A stretch of DNA of 64,000 bases from the NCBI GenBank assembly GCA_963765495.1, contig CAVXWP010000017.1, positions 96,001 through 160,000 of the forward strand, given 5' to 3'. The translations under genes and the position numbers were made by a program. Positions within the stretch are counted from its first letter, which is position 1; the number at the start of each line of letters is the position of its first letter. The DNA is from Blastocatellia bacterium. GTDB taxonomy: Bacteria; Acidobacteriota; Blastocatellia; UBA7656. The notes under the pieces are model-generated. The model had not been told where the DNA came from and did no database searches. It saw only the letters and a program-made list of their open reading frames with translations. This document shows, piece by piece, positions 10,011-17,998 of the stretch.

Positions 10011-10466
10011 ATGGCACATGGCGAATCCGAAGATGTAATTGGTAGCAAGAAAGTAGGCCTCGCGCCTCCCAACATAAACGTAACTCCGCTGATTGACGTT
10101 TTGCTGGTTCTGCTGATCATTTTCATGGTCATCCAGCCGCGAAAGGAAGCGAAGTTCGAGTCGCAGATACCGTCGAAACCGGATGAAACACAGAACAACA
10201 TAGTCCCTCCACAGGGATTGCTTATGGTCGATGTGAAGACGGGCGGTGGGCTTGATCAACAGGTCGAGTTGAACTCGAGGCCCATGCCGCTGACCGAACT
10301 CGGACCAACGCTCAAGACATATCTCGACCAGCGCCTTGAAAGCGATAGGGCCGTATATATCAAAGCCAGGAAGGATAAGCCCTATGGAGACATAGTTGAC
10401 GTTATAGATGTGATAAAAGGCGCAGGCGCAAGCCCCATCGGTCTCCAGATAGACTATCTGGAATAA
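10011..10466 (+). CDS. exbD: ExbD/TolR family protein (copy 2)
   Basis: INVTPLIDVLLVLLIIFMV motif. Confidence 0.9.
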   Translation: MAHGESEDVIGSKKVGLAPPNINVTPLIDVLLVLLIIFMVIQPRKEAKFESQIPSKPDETQNNIVPPQGLLMVDVKTGGGLDQQVELNSRPMPLTELGPTLKTYLDQRLESDRAVYIKARKDKPYGDIVDVIDVIKGAGASPIGLQIDYLE

Positions 10467-10478
10467 GAGGAATTAGCG

Positions 10479-11300
10479 ATGAATAGAAAATTCAATCTTT
10501 TGGTGCTGGTTGGCCTGATTGTCTCGATGGCAGGGTTATCGGGTTGTAGCGTGGTCAACAATCTGCGCGCCAAAGACAGTTTAAACGAAGGTGTGCGCGA
10601 ATTTAATAAGGGGAAGTTCGATGAGGCGCAGAAGAAATTTGAGCGCGCGCTGGACCTCTCCCCGGGTCTGACCAGCGCGCAGTTGTTTTATGCGCGCGCA
10701 ATGAATGCCCGGTTTGAGCAATCGTTGACCGAAGACCTGGGGCTTGAGACCATAAAGACCTATGAAGACCTGATCCAAAAGAACCCCGACAACCAGAAGA
10801 TCAAGGATCAGGCGCTTGCATTCGAGACAAAGGTCTATGAGCGGCTGGCTGATAACGTTCCAGACAAGAGCAAGGAATACCTCCAGAAGCAGCGAGAAAC
10901 CTTGATCCGCCGGGGTGAAAACGCTACCGACCCGGAAACCAAGGCAGCCGTCTATCACGCGCTGGGAGCGAGCTACTGGAGCGAAGCCTATTATGGTCAC
11001 ACAGAAAAGTACGCGCGGTATAACCGCGAACTGCCGCCCGAAGTGGCCGAAGAGATAAAACCGATGCTGGCAAAGGGACACGAATATATACAACAGTCCC
11101 TTAAAATCAAACCCGACCAGCCGGACGCATGGATATTCGAAAGACTGCTCTTGTATGAAGACAAGAAGATTAACAAAGACCCGGCACAGTTGAAGCAGAT
11201 AGATGCTGCCATAGCTACAGCCGGTGACAATTACAAGAAATATCGCGATCAGCAACAACAAGAAAGCGGGCAGGCCGAAACACCGGCCACAGCGCAGTGA
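10479..11300 (+). CDS. TPR-containing lipoprotein
   Basis: Lipobox LSGC; TPR-like LNEGVREFNKGKFDEAQKKFERALDLSP; GAGG RBS 12 nt after the exbD2 stop. Confidence 0.85.
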   Translation: MNRKFNLLVLVGLIVSMAGLSGCSVVNNLRAKDSLNEGVREFNKGKFDEAQKKFERALDLSPGLTSAQLFYARAMNARFEQSLTEDLGLETIKTYEDLIQKNPDNQKIKDQALAFETKVYERLADNVPDKSKEYLQKQRETLIRRGENATDPETKAAVYHALGASYWSEAYYGHTEKYARYNRELPPEVAEEIKPMLAKGHEYIQQSLKIKPDQPDAWIFERLLLYEDKKINKDPAQLKQIDAAIATAGDNYKKYRDQQQQESGQAETPATAQ

Positions 11301-11330
11301 AGTAGAATCCCTCCTGTGTTAGAATTCATG

Positions 11331-11368
11331 GTGACACCTCCCTGGCGGAGGTCGTCACTTTTTTATTT
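11331..11368 (+). terminator. Rho-independent terminator of the tonB operon
   Basis: GTGACACCTCC-CTGGC-GGAGGTCGTCAC followed by TTTTTTATTT. Confidence 0.8.
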
Positions 11369-11436
11369 ATGGGCTTCCGAGATTTCAGACATAACATCTG
11401 AGGTTTGAAAGTTCAGTACAGGCCTAAGTTACAAGA

Positions 11437-13620
11437 ATGATTCGCTTCGAGAACATAGTTGCAGAGGTAAACCGGAATCATCCGGGAGCGAACGAAGAGT
11501 TGCTCCGGCGCGCATACCTGTTTTCTGCTCGCGAACATCGCGGGCAAATACGCAAATCCGGCGAACCATATCTGATCCACCCGCTTGAAGTGGCCAACAT
11601 CATGGCCGAGTGGAAGCTTGACCCCATCTGTGTCGCTACGGGGTTGCTCCACGATATAGTGGAAGACACAGAGACCAGTCTTGAGACCATCGAAGAGTAT
11701 TTTGGCCCCGAGGTCGCCCATCTGGTCGACGGGCTGACCAAGATCAGCAAACTCGATCACGCATCATACGAAGAACGCCAGGCGCTGAATATGCGAAAGA
11801 TGCTGCTGGCTATGGTCGATGATGTGCGGGTAGTGCTTGTGAAGCTCGCCGACCGTCTCCATAATATGCGAACGCTCGAATATCTGCCGGGCGAAAAACG
11901 CCGCCGCATAGCACAGGAAACCCTCGATGTTTATGCGCCTATAGCCCACAGGCTCGGCATGAGCCGCGTCAGAGGCGAACTCGAAGACCTCGCCTTCAAA
12001 TACCTTGAACCGGAAGAATACGAAAAGCTCAAGGAGCAGGTTGAGAGCCGCCGTTCGAGGTTAGAGGCTTACCTGACCGACGTCAAACAGCGCATCGAGC
12101 AGATGCTGACCGATTCCGACATCAAGTTTGTCAAGATCGAGGGGCGGATAAAGCGTCTATATTCGATCTACCTCAAGCTCAAGCGGCAGAGGATCAACAT
12201 AGACCAGGTTTACGACCTGGTTGCCGTGCGAATAATAACCGAGTCGGTCAAGGACTGCTATGCCGCGCTCGGAGTCATCCATTCACAGTGGAAACCGATC
12301 CCTACGCGCTTCAAGGATTGGATTGCCATCCCGCGTGAAAACTTCTACCAATCTCTTCACACTTCCGTAGTAGGCGAAAGGGGCCAGCCCTTTGAGGTCC
12401 AGTTAAGGACCGCAGAGATGAATCACATAGCCGAAGAGGGTATAGCCGCTCACTGGAAATACAAAGAGGGCCGCAGGGGGTCGCACACCGACGAGGACGA
12501 AGCTTTTGTATGGCTCAAGCGTCTGGTCGAAGGGCAGCAAGAGGTTAAGGATTCGCGCGAGTTTCTTGATTCTCTCAAGCTCGACCTGTACCCGAAAGAG
12601 GTCTACTGCTTTACGCCAAAAGGCAAAGTGATCGAGTTACCACGAGGAGCCACTCCGATAGATTTCGCCTTCACCATACACACGGAAGTGGGACTGACCT
12701 GCACGGGGGCAAAGGCGAACGGTCGCATAGTCCCGCTAAAATACCAGATCAGAAACGGCGACGTGGTCGAGATAATGACATCGTCAAATGCCCGGCCCTC
12801 GCGGGACTGGATGAATTTCGTCAAGACGGCGCGCGCGCGATCCAAGATTCGCCACTACCTGGCTGAAAGCGAGCGCTCGAACGCCATAGAGCTTGGCAAG
12901 AAGCTGTTCGAAAAAGAAGCCGACCGCTTCCGGCTCAACGCAAAGAAGATACTTTCAAACGGCGAGCTTGATCGTATCGCGCCCGATTACGGATGCGCTC
13001 GCGCCGAAGATTTGCTCGCGGCAATCGGCTATGGAAAGGCGCTGCCTCGCAATGTCATAGGCAAACTCCTGCCGCCCGACCGCGCTTCCGAAGTCGAGCA
13101 GGAAAAGAAACCCACTTTCAAGCAGGTTGTAAAGCGCGCTCTTGGATTGCAGGATCGAATAACCGTGAAGGGCGTGGACGACCTTATGGTATATCGCGCC
13201 CGCTGCTGCAACCCCATCCGGGGCGAAGCCATCATGGGGTACATCACGCGAGGCAAGGGGGTGGCGGTTCATTCCGTCAGATGCCCTAATGCGTCGAGCC
13301 TGCTGGTTAATCCCGAACGCATAATAGAAGTCGAATGGATGAAAGCGGACGGCGATAAGACTTCGGCTTACCCGATTACGATGCGTCTAATCACCGAAGA
13401 CCGCCCCGGCATGGTCGCCGACGTGACTCAGGCCATCGCGGGTGTGGGCACAAACATCCGCGACATACATGCTTCGCTCGATAATGAGGGCCGAGGCCAG
13501 CTCGTCCTGACCGCCGAAATATTCGACCTCAAACACCTCGAAAAGATCACGAGCGCGCTCAAAACAGTGCGGGGAGTGATTGATGTTGAGCGTATAAGCG
13601 GAGAACCTGTAGAGGCGTGA
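11437..13620 (+). CDS. rel: Bifunctional (p)ppGpp synthetase/hydrolase (long RSH)
   Basis: HD domain (HPLEVA, LLHDIVED, KLADRLHNMRT), synthetase (YQSLHT, EVQLRT, AEEGIAAHWKYKEG), then TGS, ZFD (ARCCNP) and ACT domains. Confidence 0.96.
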   Translation: MIRFENIVAEVNRNHPGANEELLRRAYLFSAREHRGQIRKSGEPYLIHPLEVANIMAEWKLDPICVATGLLHDIVEDTETSLETIEEYFGPEVAHLVDGLTKISKLDHASYEERQALNMRKMLLAMVDDVRVVLVKLADRLHNMRTLEYLPGEKRRRIAQETLDVYAPIAHRLGMSRVRGELEDLAFKYLEPEEYEKLKEQVESRRSRLEAYLTDVKQRIEQMLTDSDIKFVKIEGRIKRLYSIYLKLKRQRINIDQVYDLVAVRIITESVKDCYAALGVIHSQWKPIPTRFKDWIAIPRENFYQSLHTSVVGERGQPFEVQLRTAEMNHIAEEGIAAHWKYKEGRRGSHTDEDEAFVWLKRLVEGQQEVKDSREFLDSLKLDLYPKEVYCFTPKGKVIELPRGATPIDFAFTIHTEVGLTCTGAKANGRIVPLKYQIRNGDVVEIMTSSNARPSRDWMNFVKTARARSKIRHYLAESERSNAIELGKKLFEKEADRFRLNAKKILSNGELDRIAPDYGCARAEDLLAAIGYGKALPRNVIGKLLPPDRASEVEQEKKPTFKQVVKRALGLQDRITVKGVDDLMVYRARCCNPIRGEAIMGYITRGKGVAVHSVRCPNASSLLVNPERIIEVEWMKADGDKTSAYPITMRLITEDRPGMVADVTQAIAGVGTNIRDIHASLDNEGRGQLVLTAEIFDLKHLEKITSALKTVRGVIDVERISGEPVEA

Positions 13621-13624
13621 CAAA

Positions 13625-13713
13625 TGATGCGTGATGCGTGATTTTTTTTTAAGAGGAGAGCTTATCCAGGGCTAACTGCTATTCCAGCAGATCACGCATC
13701 ATTTATCACGCAT
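13625..13713. repeat. Inverted heptamer-array hairpin, (GTGATGC)n family
   Basis: TGATGCGTGATGCGTGAT ... ATCACGCATCATTTATCACGCAT just after the rel stop. Confidence 0.75.
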
Positions 13714-13731
13714 GCCCTCTCTTTGCCCCGG

Positions 13732-13760
13732 TGGACAATCCCGCCCGCATCTGAGATAAT
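13732..13760 (+). promoter_or_regulatory. Putative sigma70 promoter of ridA
   Basis: TGGACA-17 nt-GATAAT. Confidence 0.4.
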
Positions 13761-13809
13761 TTGCAATTTAAACGAAGCAAATGATTCTTAACTATATCAC
13801 GGAGCAAGA

Positions 13810-14190
13810 ATGAAAGAGCCGGTCAAGACAGATAACGCGCCTGCGGCCATTGGCCCGTATTCGCAGGCCATAAAGGCAAACGGATTTGTTTTCGCATCGG
13901 GCCAGATAGCGCTTGATCCGGCTACGGGTCAGATCGTCGCCGAAGGGGTGCGAGAACAGACCCGGCGCGTGATGGCTAATCTGCGCGCTGTTCTCGAAGC
14001 TGCCGGAACTTCTATGGATCGAGTCGTCAAGACAACTGTATTTCTTGCAGATATGAATGATTTCAGCGAAATGAACGAGGTATACGGCGAGGCATTTGCC
14101 GACGCGCCGCCGGCTCGCTCAACCGTGGAGGTTTCGCGATTGCCTCGTGATGTGCGGGTTGAAATTGACGTGATTGCGCTGGGCGGGTGA
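13810..14190 (+). CDS. ridA: RidA family reactive intermediate deaminase
   Basis: APAAIGPYSQA, FASGQI, PARSTVEV and VEID motifs; catalytic Arg present. Confidence 0.93.
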   Translation: MKEPVKTDNAPAAIGPYSQAIKANGFVFASGQIALDPATGQIVAEGVREQTRRVMANLRAVLEAAGTSMDRVVKTTVFLADMNDFSEMNEVYGEAFADAPPARSTVEVSRLPRDVRVEIDVIALGG

Positions 14191-14240
14191 GCGATGTGAT
14201 TTTGGATTTTCTTGACGCATTATGCGCTTCGCGCGGCGCG

Positions 14241-14320
14241 ATTTTGGATTTTAGATTTTGGATTGAGGATGTAACTCGAAACCCTCCTCTTAATCTAAAA
14301 TCCAAAATCCAAAATCTAAA
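14241..14320. repeat. Inverted heptamer-array hairpin, (TTTTGGA/TTTTAGA)n family
   Basis: ATTTTGGATTTTAGATTTTGGATT ... AATCTAAAATCCAAAATCCAAAATCTAAA between convergent ridA and rpmB. Confidence 0.85.
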
Positions 14321-14329
14321 GTTGGGTGA

Positions 14330-14521
14330 TTATGCCGCTTTGACGACTTTACCGGCCTTGAGGCAGCGAGTACAGACCCGGATGCGCTGGGCGCGACCGC
14401 TAATGAGAGCGCGAACCGGCTGAAGGTTAGGCTCGAAGCGGCGGCGAGTCCGGTTGTTGGCGTGGCTGACGCGGTTACCGAATTGCGGCCCCTTGCCACA
14501 TATTTCACAGCGTTTAGACAT
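14330..14521 (-). CDS. rpmB: 50S ribosomal protein L28 (zinc-binding CxxC form)
   Basis: [34 protein letters not shown]...CTRCLK. Confidence 0.97.
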   Translation of the reverse strand: MSKRCEICGKGPQFGNRVSHANNRTRRRFEPNLQPVRALISGRAQRIRVCTRCLKAGKVVKAA

Positions 14522-14622
14522 TGTCGAACACCTCCGATGAGAATTTGTTTATGAAAGCAAAACCAAAGTTTAACATGGGCGGCCAATCCGCCGTCAAACC
14601 TTTTTTGCGAAGGAGCAACGTC

Positions 14623-15816
14623 GTGGTTCGTATTCCAAAAGTGTTTACAGTAGTGATGATCCTGCTTGTTTCCCTGCTGGTCGCTTCCTGCAAGAACAAT
14701 TCCAGCAACGCCGACAGCGAATTGGCGGCCAAAGTCGGCCCGCAGGAAATAACGATAAAACAACTTGATAGCGCCATCAAACAGCAAATGGATGCAAGCG
14801 GCAACACCGTTTCTTTCACATCCGATGAACTCGTGTCAGCGCGGCTGAGTGTGCTCGACAGCCTGATTCAAGAAGAGGCCCTGTTTCTGAAAGCCCAGAA
14901 GGAAAATCTTGTCCCGGACGAGAACAAGGTGACTCAGGAGATTCAGAAGACAAAACAGGATGCCCAGTTAACCGAAGATCAGTATCAAAATCAGATCAAA
15001 CAGGCGGGCCTGACCGAGGAAGACTTCCGGGATAAAGTCCGTAAACGGCTCGCCATCGCCGCGCTCCAGGACCGGGAAAAGACGCGCGTAAGCGCTCCTA
15101 CCGACGCCGAGATCGAACGATATTACAATGACCGCAGAAGCCAGATGATCGCAGAAGCCGGGGTCGATCTTGCCATTATCGTAAGCGATCCGGCAAATAA
15201 CGGCGCAACCGATGATGCCGTAGGCGATCAGGCTGCCGAAAATAAGATCAAGGCCATATACGAGCAACTCCGAGGCGGCGCTGATTTCGCCACAATAGCC
15301 CGGCAGAGATCCGAACATCAATCGGGGGCAAACGGCGGCAACCTCGGATTTGGAAACGAATCACAACTCAGGCAAATCATGCCGTCAAGACCCGATATAG
15401 CGCAGCGGTTGTTGTCGATGAATCCCGGCCAGTACACCGAACCGATCAAGGATAACATCAGCGGCCAGTGGGTTATATTCAAGCTCAACGGCAAGCGCAC
15501 CGAGACGAAGAATCTCACGCTTGACGATGTCCGCAAAAACATCATCGACGCGATTACGCAGCAACGACAGCAAATATTGCTGAATGCCCTGCTGATGAGC
15601 GCAATTTCCGAAGCCGACATAAAGAACTATCTCGCCGAGAGGATAGTCGAAAACCCCAAGGCCATCGTCGAGATGAGTCCTTCGCGTTTGCTTGAGCAGA
15701 CCACGCCTGCCAAATCTGAGCAGCCGCAACCGCGCATCGAAAACGAAAACCAGTCGGGTGCGCCTGCGTCAAACTCAAACAGCGCAGCCGCTTCGAATAA
15801 AAACACAAGCAAATGA
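14623..15816 (+). CDS. SurA/PrsA-like peptidyl-prolyl isomerase lipoprotein
   Basis: Start moved to GTG 14623 (AGGAG at 14611-14615); lipobox VASC; SurA-N helical domain and parvulin motif GADFATIARQRSE...NGGNLG. Confidence 0.85.
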   Translation: MVRIPKVFTVVMILLVSLLVASCKNNSSNADSELAAKVGPQEITIKQLDSAIKQQMDASGNTVSFTSDELVSARLSVLDSLIQEEALFLKAQKENLVPDENKVTQEIQKTKQDAQLTEDQYQNQIKQAGLTEEDFRDKVRKRLAIAALQDREKTRVSAPTDAEIERYYNDRRSQMIAEAGVDLAIIVSDPANNGATDDAVGDQAAENKIKAIYEQLRGGADFATIARQRSEHQSGANGGNLGFGNESQLRQIMPSRPDIAQRLLSMNPGQYTEPIKDNISGQWVIFKLNGKRTETKNLTLDDVRKNIIDAITQQRQQILLNALLMSAISEADIKNYLAERIVENPKAIVEMSPSRLLEQTTPAKSEQPQPRIENENQSGAPASNSNSAAASNKNTSK

Positions 15817-15818
15817 AG

Positions 15819-15915
15819 CAGTGGTCGGTGGTCGGTGAATAGTAGCCAGCAGGCTAATCTTTGCAGAATTCGGTTTTTTCTTGCCGACCACCGACCACTG
15901 ACCACCAACCACCGA
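15819..15915. repeat. Inverted heptamer-array hairpin, (GTGGTCG)n family
   Basis: CAGTGGTCGGTGGTCGG ... CCGACCACCGACCACTGACCACCAACCACCGA filling the surA to ABC-F spacer. Confidence 0.85.
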
Positions 15916-15917
15916 TC

Positions 15918-17816
15918 ATGCTTTTCCGCCTTGAGGAAGTTCACAAATTATACGGCGCGCACGAAATCCTGCGCGGGGTGACCTTTCAAATAAACCCTTC
16001 CGAGCGCGTGGGGCTTGTCGGACGCAACGGCGCGGGCAAGACTACCATATTTCGCCTTATCACCGGAGCCGAAGAAGCCGATAAAGGCGAGATCATCAGG
16101 CTCAAGAACCTTCGCATCGGCATACTCCAACAACAACCCGTATTTGAGGGGGAAAGAAGCGTAGGCGAAGAGGCTCTGTCAGTATTTGCGGAGCTTCGCG
16201 ATATGGAAGCGGAGATGGAACGGCTCGAACACCTGATGGGAGAAGTAAAGGGCGAAGAGCTGGACCAGATCATGCACGACTATAGCGATCTGCGCCATAG
16301 TTACGAGATCACGGGAGGCTTTTCTTATCCCTCGCGGGCGGAATCCGTTCTTGTAGGGCTCGGGTTCAAGGATGGTGATCTCGCGCAATCTACCGATAAA
16401 TTGAGCGGCGGGCAAAAGGCCCGGCTTGCGCTTGCAAAGCTGCTGCTTGCCGAACCCGATATCCTATTGCTTGACGAGCCGACAAATCACCTGGATGTGA
16501 ACTCGGTTGAATGGCTGGAAGATTTCCTGTCCGAATACAAATCGGCCTTTGTGATTATCTCTCACGACCGTTTTCTGCTGGATCACACCACAAACAAAAT
16601 AGTGGAGATTGAAGACGGGAAGGCAAATATATACCCGGGCAACTATACGGCCTACGTCAGACAGAGAGAAGAACGGAGACTTGCCCAATCGCGAGAGTAT
16701 GAAAAGCAGCAAGAGATGATCGCCCGCACCGAAGAATTTATTCGTCGCAACCTTGCCGGTCAGAAGACAAAGCAGGCCAAGTCGCGTCGTAACATGCTTG
16801 AACGCCTCGACCGCGTTGAAGCGGTCAGAAGCGACGAACCGGCGGGAGATTTTCGAATTCAGAATATAGCTCGCGCAGGCGATAACGTGCTGGCTGCGCG
16901 CGACCTCGCGGTAGGCTATGGCGAAAAGCAGCTTGCATCCGGCATATCGTTTTTGCTCAGGCGCGGAGAGCGGCTTGGCATCATCGGTCCTAACGGATCG
17001 GGAAAGACTACCTTCCTGAAAACGATCATCGGAGAGCTTGACCCGCTTGGGGGCGGCCTGACCTGGGGGGCAAACGTCAATCCAGATTACTTTGATCAGG
17101 AATTGACCCGCCTCGATCTGAGCGCAATCGTGATCGATGAGATGGCCGGGGCCGCGCCGCGCGCTTCGGAAGGCGAGTTGCGCTCTTATCTGGCAAGATT
17201 CCTGTTCACGGGCGATGATGTTTATAAGCCGGTCGCGGGGCTATCGGGCGGGGAAAAGAGCCGCCTTGCGCTTGCCCGTCTCGTCTACAGCCGCGCAAAC
17301 GTCCTCGTGATGGACGAGCCTACCAATCACCTCGACATCCCTTCGCGTGAGGCGCTCGAACGCGCGCTGGCCGATTATCCCGGCACGATCATAACCGTCT
17401 CGCACGACCGCTATTTTCTCGACAAGATAGCGACCGAAATACTTCATTTCGAAAACGAATCGGCCACCTATCACAACGGCAGCTACTCGGATTACTACGC
17501 GCTCCGTCACCGGAAGCAAGTCCAGTTGCAACAGGAGCGGGTCAATCAGCGTTCCAACGCGAGACCCGACAAACCACGCCCGCCCGCAAAGCCCAGAGAG
17601 CGTCGCCGCCCCGTCCACGAGATTGAAAAAGAGATCGAATTATTGGAAGCCGAGATGGCCGAGTTGTCTGAAAAACTCGCAAATCCCGCGCCGGATTGGG
17701 GGCCTGAGCAATACGAGGAAATAGGCAATCGGCAGGGTGTAATCTCGGCCGAGCTTGAACCGCTTTATGCGGAATGGGAAGCCAGCCAACAGTCGTCAGA
17801 ATCAAATTCAATATGA
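15918..17816 (+). CDS. ABC-F family ATPase (Uup/YdiF-like)
   Basis: Two ABC domains (GRNGAGKT/LSGGQK/LLLDEPTNHLD and GPNGSGKT/LSGGEK/MDEPTNHLD), no TM, C-terminal coiled coil. Start set at ATG 15918 because the upstream extension is translated repeat. Confidence 0.93.
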   Translation: MLFRLEEVHKLYGAHEILRGVTFQINPSERVGLVGRNGAGKTTIFRLITGAEEADKGEIIRLKNLRIGILQQQPVFEGERSVGEEALSVFAELRDMEAEMERLEHLMGEVKGEELDQIMHDYSDLRHSYEITGGFSYPSRAESVLVGLGFKDGDLAQSTDKLSGGQKARLALAKLLLAEPDILLLDEPTNHLDVNSVEWLEDFLSEYKSAFVIISHDRFLLDHTTNKIVEIEDGKANIYPGNYTAYVRQREERRLAQSREYEKQQEMIARTEEFIRRNLAGQKTKQAKSRRNMLERLDRVEAVRSDEPAGDFRIQNIARAGDNVLAARDLAVGYGEKQLASGISFLLRRGERLGIIGPNGSGKTTFLKTIIGELDPLGGGLTWGANVNPDYFDQELTRLDLSAIVIDEMAGAAPRASEGELRSYLARFLFTGDDVYKPVAGLSGGEKSRLALARLVYSRANVLVMDEPTNHLDIPSREALERALADYPGTIITVSHDRYFLDKIATEILHFENESATYHNGSYSDYYALRHRKQVQLQQERVNQRSNARPDKPRPPAKPRERRRPVHEIEKEIELLEAEMAELSEKLANPAPDWGPEQYEEIGNRQGVISAELEPLYAEWEASQQSSESNSI

Positions 17817-17888
17817 CCCGTGTTCATAAAGCGACTGCATGCGCACTGGCTTTATTCGAATCGCCCGTCATAACTCTCCGGTAGCATT

Positions 17889-17918
17889 CTATGGCCTTCG
17901 ATCCTATGGCCTTCGATC
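17889..17918. repeat. 15-bp tandem duplication
   Basis: CTATGGCCTTCGATC x2. Confidence 0.85.
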
Positions 17919-17998
17919 AAAATCTCTTCCAGATCTGTGAGCCCATCCTTTTCGCGGCCTTGTGGAATCGAATCCAAGATGCGGGTTCAGGCTTGAGA

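Noticed and set aside
8623-10466. Assignment as the Tol-Pal operon (tolQ/tolR)
   Set aside because: No tolA-tolB-pal follows, and the partner has a TonB-type C-domain.
14063-14423. Short ORFs containing IQNLKSKI / ILDFRFWI (similarly ISNLRFEI in 5788..6300)
   Set aside because: These are translations of the heptamer arrays, not genes.
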